Virus record (IMG/VR): IMGVR_UViG_3300045988_125549 | Coordinates: 1 to 56,646 of that record | Length of the DNA stretch: 56,646 nt | Source: a virus | Strand: one strand, 5' to 3' | Shown here: positions 1-7,591 of the stretch, in pieces | Numbering within the stretch: position 1 is the stretch's first letter | How the letters are laid out: the number at the start of each line of letters is the position of its first letter | Program-made: the position numbers and the translations under genes | The notes under the pieces: model-generated | The model's database searches: none | What the model saw: the letters and a program-made list of their open reading frames with translations, nothing else | What the model was told of the DNA's origin: nothing

Positions 1-55
1 GGTGTAGATACGTTATCCTCATCTATATGTATTCTCTGTCTTATTGTAAATACTA
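1..55. repeat. Terminal direct repeat; 1-55 is identical to 56592-56646 (circular-assembly overlap or terminal redundancy)
   Basis: The same 55-mer ggtgtagatacgttatcc...cttattgtaaatacta is read at both window ends. Confidence 0.95.
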
Positions 56-203
56 CACCAACAATTACAAATCCTAAAATCAATAGCATATACAGTATTC
101 CTAAAAATGTGCTAACTCTTGAATTTACCTTATTATACTGCTTTCTATGTTGTTTACTATTGACAATATTAACATATGTCAAATCAAGTTCTTTCTTTTC
201 CAT
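1..203 (-). CDS. 5' part of a junction-spanning gene: N-terminal membrane anchor of the SleB-like cell-wall hydrolase (continues at 56591->56105)
   Basis: ATG at 203-201 lies 7 nt after AAGGAG. MEKKELDL...STFLGILYMLLILGFVIVGVVFTI is a hydrophobic helix. The frame stays open through base 1 and joins ORF 56105-56560 in frame once the 55-bp overlap is collapsed (690 nt total). Confidence 0.6.
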   Translation of the reverse strand, partial: MEKKELDLTYVNIVNSKQHRKQYNKVNSRVSTFLGILYMLLILGFVIVGVVFTIRQRIHIDEDNVST

Positions 204-354
204 CTTCATTCTCCTTTACATTGAATAATCTTTTTTTGTTGCTACTTTCTAAATACTTTTTGTAACACGTTTTACCCATTCCGACCTCTATGGACTGAGG
301 GCTTTTTAATTTCCGGTTACAAATCATACATATGTTTTGTTTACGAGGTTTCAT
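178..354 (-). CDS. Small zinc-ribbon protein (58 aa), DUF6011-like CxxC...GxGxxC motif
   Basis: My own translation gives MKPRKQNICMICNRKLKSPQSIEVGMGKTCYKKY...; the ORF is below the 60-aa track cutoff. Its ATG overlaps the upstream TGA (ATGA), implying translational coupling to the MazF-like gene. Confidence 0.5.
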
Positions 355-725
355 CATAATTTTCTTTCCTTTCTTCTAAAGAAATGACCTTTCATACCAA
401 GCTGTACCAATATGCTATCCAAAACTCTCTGATATTGAGTAAAACTTATTACAAAATATTTCTGCAATAAGAAATCCTTATGTACCGTTGTTGTCCATTC
501 CGGTAAACAATAGTTTCGCACACGTTTTACATATACATCAGTATGCTGTGGTAACCCATCATATTTTGTTGTTAGCGGCACGATAGTCACATAATCATTA
601 TATGTATTATTCATACCATTGCTGATTACGACACACGGTCTAATCTTTTTATATGCGTGTTCTTTCTGTGGAAATATATCTTCCATATTTACCCACCAAA
701 CATCCCTGCACCTAACATCTTTCAT
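354..725 (-). CDS. PemK/MazF-fold toxin-like protein (putative endoribonuclease)
   Basis: RDVWWVNM...KKIRPCVVISN...VTIVPLTTK...PQHTDV follows the PemK/MazF pattern (RGDI-w-v..., RPvvVvS, v-PlTs). An AAGGAG RBS precedes it and it is the first gene after promoter 758-786. Confidence 0.65.
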   Translation of the reverse strand: MKDVRCRDVWWVNMEDIFPQKEHAYKKIRPCVVISNGMNNTYNDYVTIVPLTTKYDGLPQHTDVYVKRVRNYCLPEWTTTVHKDFLLQKYFVISFTQYQRVLDSILVQLGMKGHFFRRKERKL

Positions 726-757
726 ATAATTAATATCTCCTTTCTTAACTTATTTAT

Positions 758-786
758 ATTGTAACACATATTTTTTAAAAAGTAAA
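758..786 (-). promoter_or_regulatory. Sigma-70/SigA-type promoter (-35 TTTACT, 17-nt spacer, TGn-extended -10 TACAAT)
   Basis: The minus strand reads TTTACT-17 nt-TACAAT preceded by TGT. It sits in a 73-bp block repeated almost exactly at 7434-7507. Confidence 0.65.
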
Positions 787-802
787 GCATTTTTTTAAAT
801 TT

Positions 803-843
803 TTATAAAAAAATCACACGGCGTTCTCCCATACCGTGTGATT
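803..843 (-). terminator. Rho-independent terminator
   Basis: A 9-bp stem atcacacgg/ccgtgtgat (813-821/834-842) is followed on the minus strand by a T-run. Confidence 0.7.
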
Positions 844-903
844 TCCTTTGGAGGCAATTATCGCAAAAAGCAAAAACCAGATTACATTAATTATATTAAC
901 ACA

Positions 904-1860
904 TTACTTAAGACAATGCAATACCAAATAATCAAGTCCTATATCTGCGTCAAGTGTACCCTGCTTTAATGCGACTTCAACTGATTGACAAAATAGTGCG
1001 TTTCGCTTTAATTCCTCAAAATTATATCCGCCTATATTCTTATTACATCCCCACAATTCACCTTTTGTCATTCCGGTTCTTGTCATTGCGTCTTTACGAT
1101 TTGCACCTAAACCCATATATGCCATTAAATTCCTAAAACCATTGTATAATATGCTTGCGATAAGAATAGGATTTTCGTCCTTGCGTTTCGCTTCATCAAG
1201 TTTCTGTATGGCTGTATCCGGATACCCTCCCAATACTGCGTCTGTCAACTCGAATGTAATATCGCCTATTTCCTTATGAAATAAACCTTGTTTATCTAAT
1301 AACTTAAAAACAGAATCAGTCTGAGGCGTACCTTCATCATCCGTATTATATTCCTGCCACTGTTTGATTTTATCAATCTCCATTAATATTCTACCGTAAT
1401 CGTGATTACAGTAACCTATTAATTCTTGCGCGTATTTTTTACTCAAATCCGGCAAATACCGGCTTATATAGGTTAGTAGTACATCATCACCTAATCGGTT
1501 AAATTCAACGCAATTTTGCTTATTTCTTGTGTAGAATTTGATGGTCTTATTAATGCTTGTATATCTTAATATGAGATAATGTTTTGAATTATTGAAATTT
1601 GTTATAACATTTTCCCATACATCCTCCGCCGACTTAAAACTTTCGTCTCCGGACACAATATACACTCTAGGAGTATTTACAAGACTTTTACGGTTGCATT
1701 GCGATAGTACATTACGCACTGTATCACAATAAATAACTTGCTTATCCTTGACTATATGCTTTATGTATTCATCAAGGATAGCTTGTTCCTCTCCAAATAA
1801 AATCAAAAAATGAGGAATTTTGTTATTTGATATTGACATCATTAAATCTGATAACTGCAT
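904..1860 (-). CDS. DNA polymerase III delta (HolA)-like clamp-loader subunit
   Basis: 318 aa. The N-terminus ...IPHFLILFGEEQAILDEY... and overall layout resemble HolA/delta, and it clusters with the DnaX-like and delta-prime-like genes. Confidence 0.5.
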   Translation of the reverse strand: MQLSDLMMSISNNKIPHFLILFGEEQAILDEYIKHIVKDKQVIYCDTVRNVLSQCNRKSLVNTPRVYIVSGDESFKSAEDVWENVITNFNNSKHYLILRYTSINKTIKFYTRNKQNCVEFNRLGDDVLLTYISRYLPDLSKKYAQELIGYCNHDYGRILMEIDKIKQWQEYNTDDEGTPQTDSVFKLLDKQGLFHKEIGDITFELTDAVLGGYPDTAIQKLDEAKRKDENPILIASILYNGFRNLMAYMGLGANRKDAMTRTGMTKGELWGCNKNIGGYNFEELKRNALFCQSVEVALKQGTLDADIGLDYLVLHCLK

Positions 1861-1990
1861 TTTTATAGTTGCCCTCCTTTAATAGTATTTTATCAAGTGG
1901 GTAACCGGAATTTTTAAGTTCCTGTGTTATTTTTGTCCATTCTTTACGGAATTTTTTATCCGATAACCCCAAATCTGTATTATTTAGCAT
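1823..1990 (-). CDS. Small ORF (55 aa), hypothetical
   Basis: TAATG start/stop overlap with the upstream gene. MLNNTDLGLSDKKFRKEW...; it overlaps the next gene start by 38 nt. Confidence 0.3.
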   Translation of the reverse strand: MLNNTDLGLSDKKFRKEWTKITQELKNSGYPLDKILLKEGNYKNAVIRFNDVNIK

Positions 1991-2340
1991 TAGAATAAAC
2001 CTCCTTTGCGTTTACTTTTTGGCTTTGATTTTGTAGTATATAAGGCGTGACAAGCAATATTCATTAAATACTCTTTGTCAGTGTCATTTAATCTATCATA
2101 CAAATCAAACCCGGTTGTTCCGTCAAAATCATACATTACATATCCATATTGCGTATTGTCAATCTGTATATCTTTTTGCAATGCCACAAGCTGTTTGCTC
2201 AATTCGTCATATTCTCTATCTGATAATGCGTTTGTATTCAACTTATAATAAGCTATACAATTTAATATTACCTTGCGCTGGAGAAAATTTATGCAAGTAA
2301 CTTTATCCCAACTTCTCGGAAATTTTTGCAATTTAGACAC
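1990..2340 (-). CDS. Hypothetical protein (116 aa)
   Basis: ORF-track entry. The start codon is GTG (cac on plus at 2338-2340) and the RBS is weak. Confidence 0.45.
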   Translation of the reverse strand: MSKLQKFPRSWDKVTCINFLQRKVILNCIAYYKLNTNALSDREYDELSKQLVALQKDIQIDNTQYGYVMYDFDGTTGFDLYDRLNDTDKEYLMNIACHALYTTKSKPKSKRKGGLF

Positions 2341-2341
2341 C

Positions 2342-2587
2342 TCACAAACATTCTTTAATTCGTCTATCTATATACTTTATACACGCCTTTGCACATTCAT
2401 CTTTACTTGCATATAAATTACCCGCTAATAAACTGCTATATGATGACATTTTTCTATTGAAAATACAATAATACCAACGATTATAATATTTTGAATATAC
2501 TATGTGACACGCGCAATTTTTATGTTTTCCTCTGTAATGCTGATGCGGTTCAACACCTTTGACCTCAGTTATCTCATACAATTTCAT
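2342..2587 (-). CDS. Hypothetical Cys-containing protein (81 aa)
   Basis: The start was moved to MKLYEITEV, where AAGGAGG lies 9 nt upstream. Confidence 0.55.
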   Translation of the reverse strand: MKLYEITEVKGVEPHQHYRGKHKNCACHIVYSKYYNRWYYCIFNRKMSSYSSLLAGNLYASKDECAKACIKYIDRRIKECL

Positions 2588-2762
2588 TTTTCTCTGCCTC
2601 CTTTTTACTTGCATATTTCTCGCAAATTTTTATAGCCCAATTTAAGGACTCCTCAGCTCGTTCGAGCTTTTCAGCATATTCGAGCTTTTCAGTTAAAGTT
2701 AAAGTCAAAACTGAACGGACTTTTAATCCTTTTAGAATTTTAATTCGCTCACGAAATGTCAT
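2574..2762 (-). CDS. Hypothetical coiled-coil protein (62 aa)
   Basis: ORF-track entry in the same-strand operon, with a 14-nt overlap with the next start. Confidence 0.45.
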   Translation of the reverse strand: MTFRERIKILKGLKVRSVLTLTLTEKLEYAEKLERAEESLNWAIKICEKYASKKEAEKNEIV

Positions 2763-2810
2763 TTATTTTTCCTCCTTATCTTCTATCCAAATTTTAATAC
2801 GCATACAATT

Positions 2811-3608
2811 TCAGTTTTTAATATCATCCAACAATTTAATTAGCATACATTCTATGCTTGACTTTTTATTTACAGTGTTTCGACTTAGTTCTTGTTTGCA
2901 AATAAATAAAGGTTGTATACATTCAGCAGACAACTCAAAATTCTCAAACATCCTGTATAATCTTTTCTGAAATACTCTGTAAAATAATAAGCAATCAATC
3001 TTATCTGTATCTGTCTGTTTAGCTTTTAACTGTGTACATGCTTTTAATAGTCTAGTACCGCTCTTTTCCATCAAAGCCTTTAATACATCATCAACACAAT
3101 CTTCCGTTCTTTGCACTTCTTCGTGTGCAACTTGTAATTCACCTATATTAGTGCAGTACTCAAGTTTTAATTCATCTTCACTAACAAAACGCAATTCCGG
3201 CATTGTATAAGGCTCCATTTTAATAACTGTTCCTCTGCTTCTAATTGTACCCAGCATATTATCTATATTATGAACTGTCATAACGAAATACGCATTATTT
3301 GGGGGCTCCTCCACAACTTTAAGCAAGGCATTTTTTGCATTTAAGGACATATCATCTGCGTCCCTAAAAATATACATTGTAGGTTCAGTACAATTATACG
3401 CAAGTTCGATAGTATCTCTGACAGCGGAAACTGTACTGTCTTGTATCAAGCCATTCTTAATATTCAACATACGCATTATTTCTTTAGCAAGTGTGAGCCT
3501 GCCGCTACCTTGTTCCCCGACTATAATAATAAATCGGGGAGTTGAACGATTGCACCGCCACTGTATAATAGTATTGATATTATTCTTCTGTCCTATCATT
3601 ATATACAC
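2811..3608 (-). CDS. AAA+ clamp-loader subunit, delta-prime (HolB)-like
   Basis: Walker-A-like GEQGSGRLT, NALLKVVEEPP and TIRSRG motifs are typical of clamp-loader small subunits. Confidence 0.65.
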   Translation of the reverse strand: MYIMIGQKNNINTIIQWRCNRSTPRFIIIVGEQGSGRLTLAKEIMRMLNIKNGLIQDSTVSAVRDTIELAYNCTEPTMYIFRDADDMSLNAKNALLKVVEEPPNNAYFVMTVHNIDNMLGTIRSRGTVIKMEPYTMPELRFVSEDELKLEYCTNIGELQVAHEEVQRTEDCVDDVLKALMEKSGTRLLKACTQLKAKQTDTDKIDCLLFYRVFQKRLYRMFENFELSAECIQPLFICKQELSRNTVNKKSSIECMLIKLLDDIKN

Positions 3609-3614
3609 TCCTTT

Positions 3615-3833
3615 TTAATCTTTTAAATAAGGTTGGTCATCCAACATTTCAAGTTCATCAACAATCATTGGGTTATAATCGCTTGAATAAATTTCACAGT
3701 CGGATACATATTTTTCCTCGCGCACACAATAGGGTACAACATGGCTCTCAAGTGCCACAACAATTTCTCCCGGCTTAAAAAAATTATGTGAATCTGATAT
3801 AACTCTGTATCTTGCACCTTTCCAAGCCCACAT
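3615..3833 (-). CDS. Hypothetical protein (72 aa)
   Basis: The start was moved to MWAWKGARY, preceded by AAGGAG. Confidence 0.5.
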   Translation of the reverse strand: MWAWKGARYRVISDSHNFFKPGEIVVALESHVVPYCVREEKYVSDCEIYSSDYNPMIVDELEMLDDQPYLKD

Positions 3834-3834
3834 A

Positions 3835-4890
3835 TTAATTCTCCTTTCCACAATAAATCAAGATAGATAATTCTATTAATGTTTTAGGGTCACTATCCCA
3901 TTTAATTTGACTATTCAGATTTATGACAAAATCCATAGACCTAAATATCTCGTCTTTGTGTTCTGATAATTCTTCCAAATCCTTTATGTTCTCATCTGTT
4001 GCGGGTATATTGATATAATTTGTATTTTCATAGATTAGATACTTTTCGACATCTAATATGAACTTAGAAAAATCTTTTAAAAACTGCTTAACATCTTTTC
4101 CCGAATTACATACTTCTTCTATAATATCAATACATATCTGCTTATCCTGTTTTACAAGAGCAAAAATAAAATTAAAAAATACATCATAATCTTCTGCGCC
4201 TATTGTTTTTAACACATTTTCCAGTGTTAAATCGGGGGATAATGAAAGACATTTATCTAATAAGGTAATAGCGTCCCTCATACCACCATTAGATACCTTT
4301 GCTATATATTCAATAGCCTCTATATTCCAATCATAAGCACCATCACAACCACACTCATTAGCTTCTTCACTTTCCATAAGAAGTATATGGGATAATCTTT
4401 CTGCAATACCTTTATTACTTATCTTTTGAAAATTGTATCTCTGCACTCTTGATAAAATCGTGTTAGGAATTTTCTGTGGGTCAGTTGTGCAAAAGATAAA
4501 TATTGTAAATTTTGGTGGTTCTTCAAGTGTCTTGAGTAATGCCTGCCAAGCTCCGTTTGATAATGAATGACATTCATCCACTATGAATATCTTATATTCC
4601 GCGTCAAGGGGTTTTCTCTTTGCGTCATCTATAATCTGTCTAATATTATCAACTCCACTATTGCTGGCGGCGTCTACTTCAATAGGATTTCCTTTTCCAT
4701 CATTTATCATATTTGCAAATATTCTTGCAGATGTTGTCTTTCCGGTTCCCGCTGGTCCGGTAAATAAATATCCGTGTTTAAATGTTTTTGTTTTAATTTG
4801 ATTGCACAAAATATCTTTAATTGCGCTCTGTTCTGTCATATCTTCAAAGGTTCTAGGTCGATATGTTACTGCCAATGATTCTTTAGCCAT
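3835..4890 (-). CDS. dnaX: DNA polymerase III gamma/tau (DnaX)-like clamp-loader ATPase
   Basis: YRPRTFEDM, GPAGTGKTT, IVDECHSLS, ALLKTLEEPP and TILSRVQ form the canonical DnaX motif series. Confidence 0.8.
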   Translation of the reverse strand: MAKESLAVTYRPRTFEDMTEQSAIKDILCNQIKTKTFKHGYLFTGPAGTGKTTSARIFANMINDGKGNPIEVDAASNSGVDNIRQIIDDAKRKPLDAEYKIFIVDECHSLSNGAWQALLKTLEEPPKFTIFIFCTTDPQKIPNTILSRVQRYNFQKISNKGIAERLSHILLMESEEANECGCDGAYDWNIEAIEYIAKVSNGGMRDAITLLDKCLSLSPDLTLENVLKTIGAEDYDVFFNFIFALVKQDKQICIDIIEEVCNSGKDVKQFLKDFSKFILDVEKYLIYENTNYINIPATDENIKDLEELSEHKDEIFRSMDFVINLNSQIKWDSDPKTLIELSILIYCGKEN

Positions 4891-4908
4891 TATTTATTCC
4901 TCACTTTC

Positions 4909-5049
4909 TTATGCGCCATATCTTTTTAGTTCATCTAAAATTTTCTCAGCTTTATCAATGTGTTCGTTACAACATTCACATAATAACTTCATTATCGAAA
5001 AATAAAATTTCATTACTACAAGATGAAATCTAACTCTAATTTCATTCAT
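4909..5049 (-). CDS. Small ORF (46 aa), hypothetical
   Basis: My own translation gives MNEIRVRFHLVVMKFYFSIMKLLCECCNEHIDKAEKILDELKRYGA. The RBS GGTGAG is weak. Confidence 0.3.
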   Translation of the reverse strand: MNEIRVRFHLVVMKFYFSIMKLLCECCNEHIDKAEKILDELKRYGA

Positions 5050-5061
5050 TTTTTATCTCAC

Positions 5062-5427
5062 CTATTCCGCTTCTGATTGAAGCCATTCAAGATGCTTTCT
5101 ACAACATTCATCTATTGTTGTAGAACTTTCTGAACATTGCAAATCACAACTTGTACATTGAGCAAGATTTCCTATAAACATTGCAAGTTCTTCATCCGAC
5201 ATATTCCTTATTCTGTCAGCATTAGTCGGCTTATCACTTTTCACAATTTCAAAATATTCATCAATGAACCCTAATACAGTTTTTAAATTGTATGAGCTGT
5301 ACCCAATGTTGTAGTCGTTTTCACCCACATTTCTGTACTGTACGCTATAATAAGGTTTACTATCTAGCATTTCCATTATAATGGACAATTCAGTTACTTT
5401 TTCTTTGTTACTTGTTAATCTCTCCAT
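5062..5427 (-). CDS. Hypothetical protein (121 aa) with a C-terminal Cys cluster
   Basis: An AAAGGAG RBS precedes it. The C-terminal cluster reads CTSCDLQC...CC. Confidence 0.55.
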   Translation of the reverse strand: MERLTSNKEKVTELSIIMEMLDSKPYYSVQYRNVGENDYNIGYSSYNLKTVLGFIDEYFEIVKSDKPTNADRIRNMSDEELAMFIGNLAQCTSCDLQCSESSTTIDECCRKHLEWLQSEAE

Positions 5428-5439
5428 TACTGCTCCTTT

Positions 5440-5538
5440 CTACCACACTGGGTAATAATTTCCTTTGTCATCTGCAACCCAATAACCTGTACTCCAAGTA
5501 TCCGTTAAGGGGTCATAGACTTTTCTACCTTTAATCAT
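5440..5538 (-). CDS. Very small ORF (32 aa), hypothetical
   Basis: ATGA start/stop overlap with the upstream gene. MIKGRKVYDPLTDTWSTGYWVADDKGNYYPVW. Confidence 0.25.
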   Translation of the reverse strand: MIKGRKVYDPLTDTWSTGYWVADDKGNYYPVW

Positions 5539-5729
5539 CTTTCTTGCCTTTCATATTCTTCCATAGTTGGTCTTTTTCCGTCTAAATCGTTCCAACTATA
5601 AAGTTTGTGATTTTCGTCTTGCCATTGGCTTTTGTAGCAATTTCTGCAACTACATCTTCCGTTTAACCAACGCATTTCTCCGTAATACTCCGGCTTTCCA
5701 CAATGCTTACAAATTATAATTTTATCCAC
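5535..5729 (-). CDS. Zinc-ribbon protein (64 aa), hypothetical
   Basis: Two Cys pairs, CKHCG...CSCRNC. Confidence 0.55.
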   Translation of the reverse strand: MDKIIICKHCGKPEYYGEMRWLNGRCSCRNCYKSQWQDENHKLYSWNDLDGKRPTMEEYERQER

Positions 5730-6056
5730 TTAATTCTCCTTATACCTTAGATATTCTAAAAATTGTCTTTCTGTTAATACATAATAATCTGATTCATCAT
5801 CTGGACTAAATCTAAATGCAAGCACAGATTCTTCCTTTCCTTGTTCAAATGCCTGCTCCTTTGCTTTAAGAAGCCATTTTCCATTTATAGAGAATGACTT
5901 CTTAGGTGTTGTAGGTGTCTTTGCTTCTATTAAGAATTTTTCTGTATGAACATCACCGCCGCCAAACTTTGTTCCACCGGAATTACTTTGTACTTTTCCG
6001 CCGGTTACTTTTGCAATGTGTTTTTCCTGCAAATCTGAAAAATATCTTGTACTCAT
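5730..6056 (-). CDS. PD-(D/E)XK nuclease-like protein (possible junction resolvase)
   Basis: GGGDVHTEKFLIEAKT fits a D...ExK nuclease core and the protein is small (108 aa). Confidence 0.4.
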   Translation of the reverse strand: MSTRYFSDLQEKHIAKVTGGKVQSNSGGTKFGGGDVHTEKFLIEAKTPTTPKKSFSINGKWLLKAKEQAFEQGKEESVLAFRFSPDDESDYYVLTERQFLEYLRYKEN

Positions 6057-6419
6057 TTACTTCTCCTTTGCAATAAGTGTTCTACATACTGTATCAATCA
6101 TTTCCCAACGATATAATGTCAACTTGCCATAAGCTATTGCATATTTAAGCAAATCTCCACTTGTGTATGCCGTAATAAGTTCGCTAACAGTTGTTATATT
6201 ATACTGTTCAAAGAAATTACGAATAACCACCGGGATAGATAATATGTTTAGTATATCAGCAAATTTATCCAGTAATTCGTTTGAACTTGTATTTCCCATA
6301 CAATGTTTTACTAAACATATATACTGTTTACTTACATTATACTTCTTTCCCAACTCCGTAAGTGATGCCTCCGGGTTATTTTTTAAATCTTTCACTATTG
6401 ATTGTAATTTGTCGTTCAA
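6057..6419 (-). CDS. Hypothetical protein with an N-terminal HTH-like segment
   Basis: LTELGKKYNVSKQYICLV is an HTH-like stretch. An AAAAAGGAG RBS precedes the gene. Confidence 0.5.
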   Translation of the reverse strand: MNDKLQSIVKDLKNNPEASLTELGKKYNVSKQYICLVKHCMGNTSSNELLDKFADILNILSIPVVIRNFFEQYNITTVSELITAYTSGDLLKYAIAYGKLTLYRWEMIDTVCRTLIAKEK

Positions 6420-6439
6420 TGATATAATCTCCTTTTTTA

Positions 6440-6598
6440 TTAATATTTTTTGTTAATAGTGGGCATAGCTTTTATAGTATCAAACACTTCCTTTCCAAAA
6501 CCTCCTAAAATATCCGTTTTATCTGTCGCCATACTGTACTTTTCAAAAATAGTATATAATAAATGCAACACATCATATTTACTAACTAAATCATTCAT
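6440..6598 (-). CDS. Small ORF (52 aa), hypothetical
   Basis: My own translation gives MNDLVSKYDVLHLLYTIFEKYSMATDK.... GGGAGGTGA lies upstream and the ORF fills an otherwise empty 170-bp gap. Confidence 0.5.
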   Translation of the reverse strand: MNDLVSKYDVLHLLYTIFEKYSMATDKTDILGGFGKEVFDTIKAMPTINKKY

Positions 6599-7136
6599 TA
6601 TCTATCACCTCCCATTCTTTTATTGCAGATTTGATGACCCAGCCTTCCCAGGTTATATTGCTAATCTGTCCTTCAAGATATTTCAATTTTTCTTTTGCTT
6701 CTTCTTCACTTTCTACTATCATCAAGCCGAGTTTGGCACTACACTCCGGACCTATTCCATATAGTTTAGATACCGGATTTGTGAGTTGTCTGCCGCAACA
6801 CATACAATAAGTTGCATTGCGTTCTATCTGTCCCCCAAGAGCCATACAATACATACCTCTTGTTTCCTTAAGGACTTCACCTTGCATTATACACATCGGC
6901 ATAGGTATTCCATTATTCCATTTATCCTGGAAATCAAAGTTTGCCGTTGCCGGTTCTGTCATATATTTTTTAACCGTTATCTTATATGACTTTCCTACTT
7001 CCATCTTATTTGAGTTCATATGCTCTACTGCATATGTTACTCCGCTATGTCTAGCTGGAAGAATAAACTCAAATGGTTTATCCTCTTCAAAATCTTGTTC
7101 ACTGTATCTATGTATCTGTTTAAATATTTCTTTCAT
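6591..7136 (-). CDS. Hypothetical protein (181 aa) with a C-terminal DUF6011-like zinc-ribbon motif
   Basis: CMCCGRQLTNPVSKLYGIGPEC has the same Cys spacing as the 58-aa protein at 178-354. TAATG overlap with the upstream gene. Confidence 0.6.
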   Translation of the reverse strand: MKEIFKQIHRYSEQDFEEDKPFEFILPARHSGVTYAVEHMNSNKMEVGKSYKITVKKYMTEPATANFDFQDKWNNGIPMPMCIMQGEVLKETRGMYCMALGGQIERNATYCMCCGRQLTNPVSKLYGIGPECSAKLGLMIVESEEEAKEKLKYLEGQISNITWEGWVIKSAIKEWEVIDNE

Positions 7137-7411
7137 TATTTATCAATCCTTTCCACTTGATTTTGTGTGAAAAATGCTGAAAGTTTTATGTAATATCTTT
7201 CAACTTGTTCTATATCACCGTTATTATTTTCTATCTCAACTTTCTTTGTTGATTTTCTCCATACCGGAATACTATGTTCCGACCTCTCTCCGTGTTTTAC
7301 TTGATAACCTAAACTCTTCCAAGTTGCATATGTATGTAAAACAACTGTGAGTGGGTCTAAATTATGAGATACCATATACTCTAATATAATCGCGCTGTTT
7401 GTCATATTCAT
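7136..7411 (-). CDS. ArdC N-terminal-like (ssDNA-binding-like) small protein
   Basis: YATWKSLGYQVKHGERSEHSIPVW resembles the ArdC/DUF1738 core (f-T-QA--lG--VrKGEkg). It is the first gene after promoter 7450-7478. Confidence 0.4.
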   Translation of the reverse strand: MNMTNSAIILEYMVSHNLDPLTVVLHTYATWKSLGYQVKHGERSEHSIPVWRKSTKKVEIENNNGDIEQVERYYIKLSAFFTQNQVERIDK

Positions 7412-7449
7412 TACTTCCTTTCAATGTATTACTTTCTTAACTTGTTTAT

Positions 7450-7478
7450 ATTGTAACACATATTTTTTAAAAAGTAAA
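7450..7478 (-). promoter_or_regulatory. Sigma-70/SigA-type promoter (-35 TTTACT, 17 nt, TGn -10 TACAAT)
   Basis: Near-identical copy of the 741-813 block (one mismatch and one 1-nt indel). Confidence 0.65.
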
Positions 7479-7499
7479 GCATTTTTTTTAAATTTTTAT

Positions 7500-7535
7500 A
7501 AAAAAATATGTGCCGGTAAAAACCGACACATATTT
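7500..7535 (-). terminator. Rho-independent terminator
   Basis: Stem aatatgtgccgg/ccgacacatatt with one mismatch, followed by a T-rich tail on the minus strand, after the clamp gene. Confidence 0.6.
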
Positions 7536-7591
7536 CGCAATAGGTAATAAATAAATATGGAAGTTGTACATCTTCATTAATTATGATAACA

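Noticed and set aside
6163-7170. Plus-strand ORFs (97, 104, 67 and 117 aa)
   Set aside because: They are antisense to tightly packed minus-strand genes that have clear RBSs. The plus frames lack any RBS or promoter.
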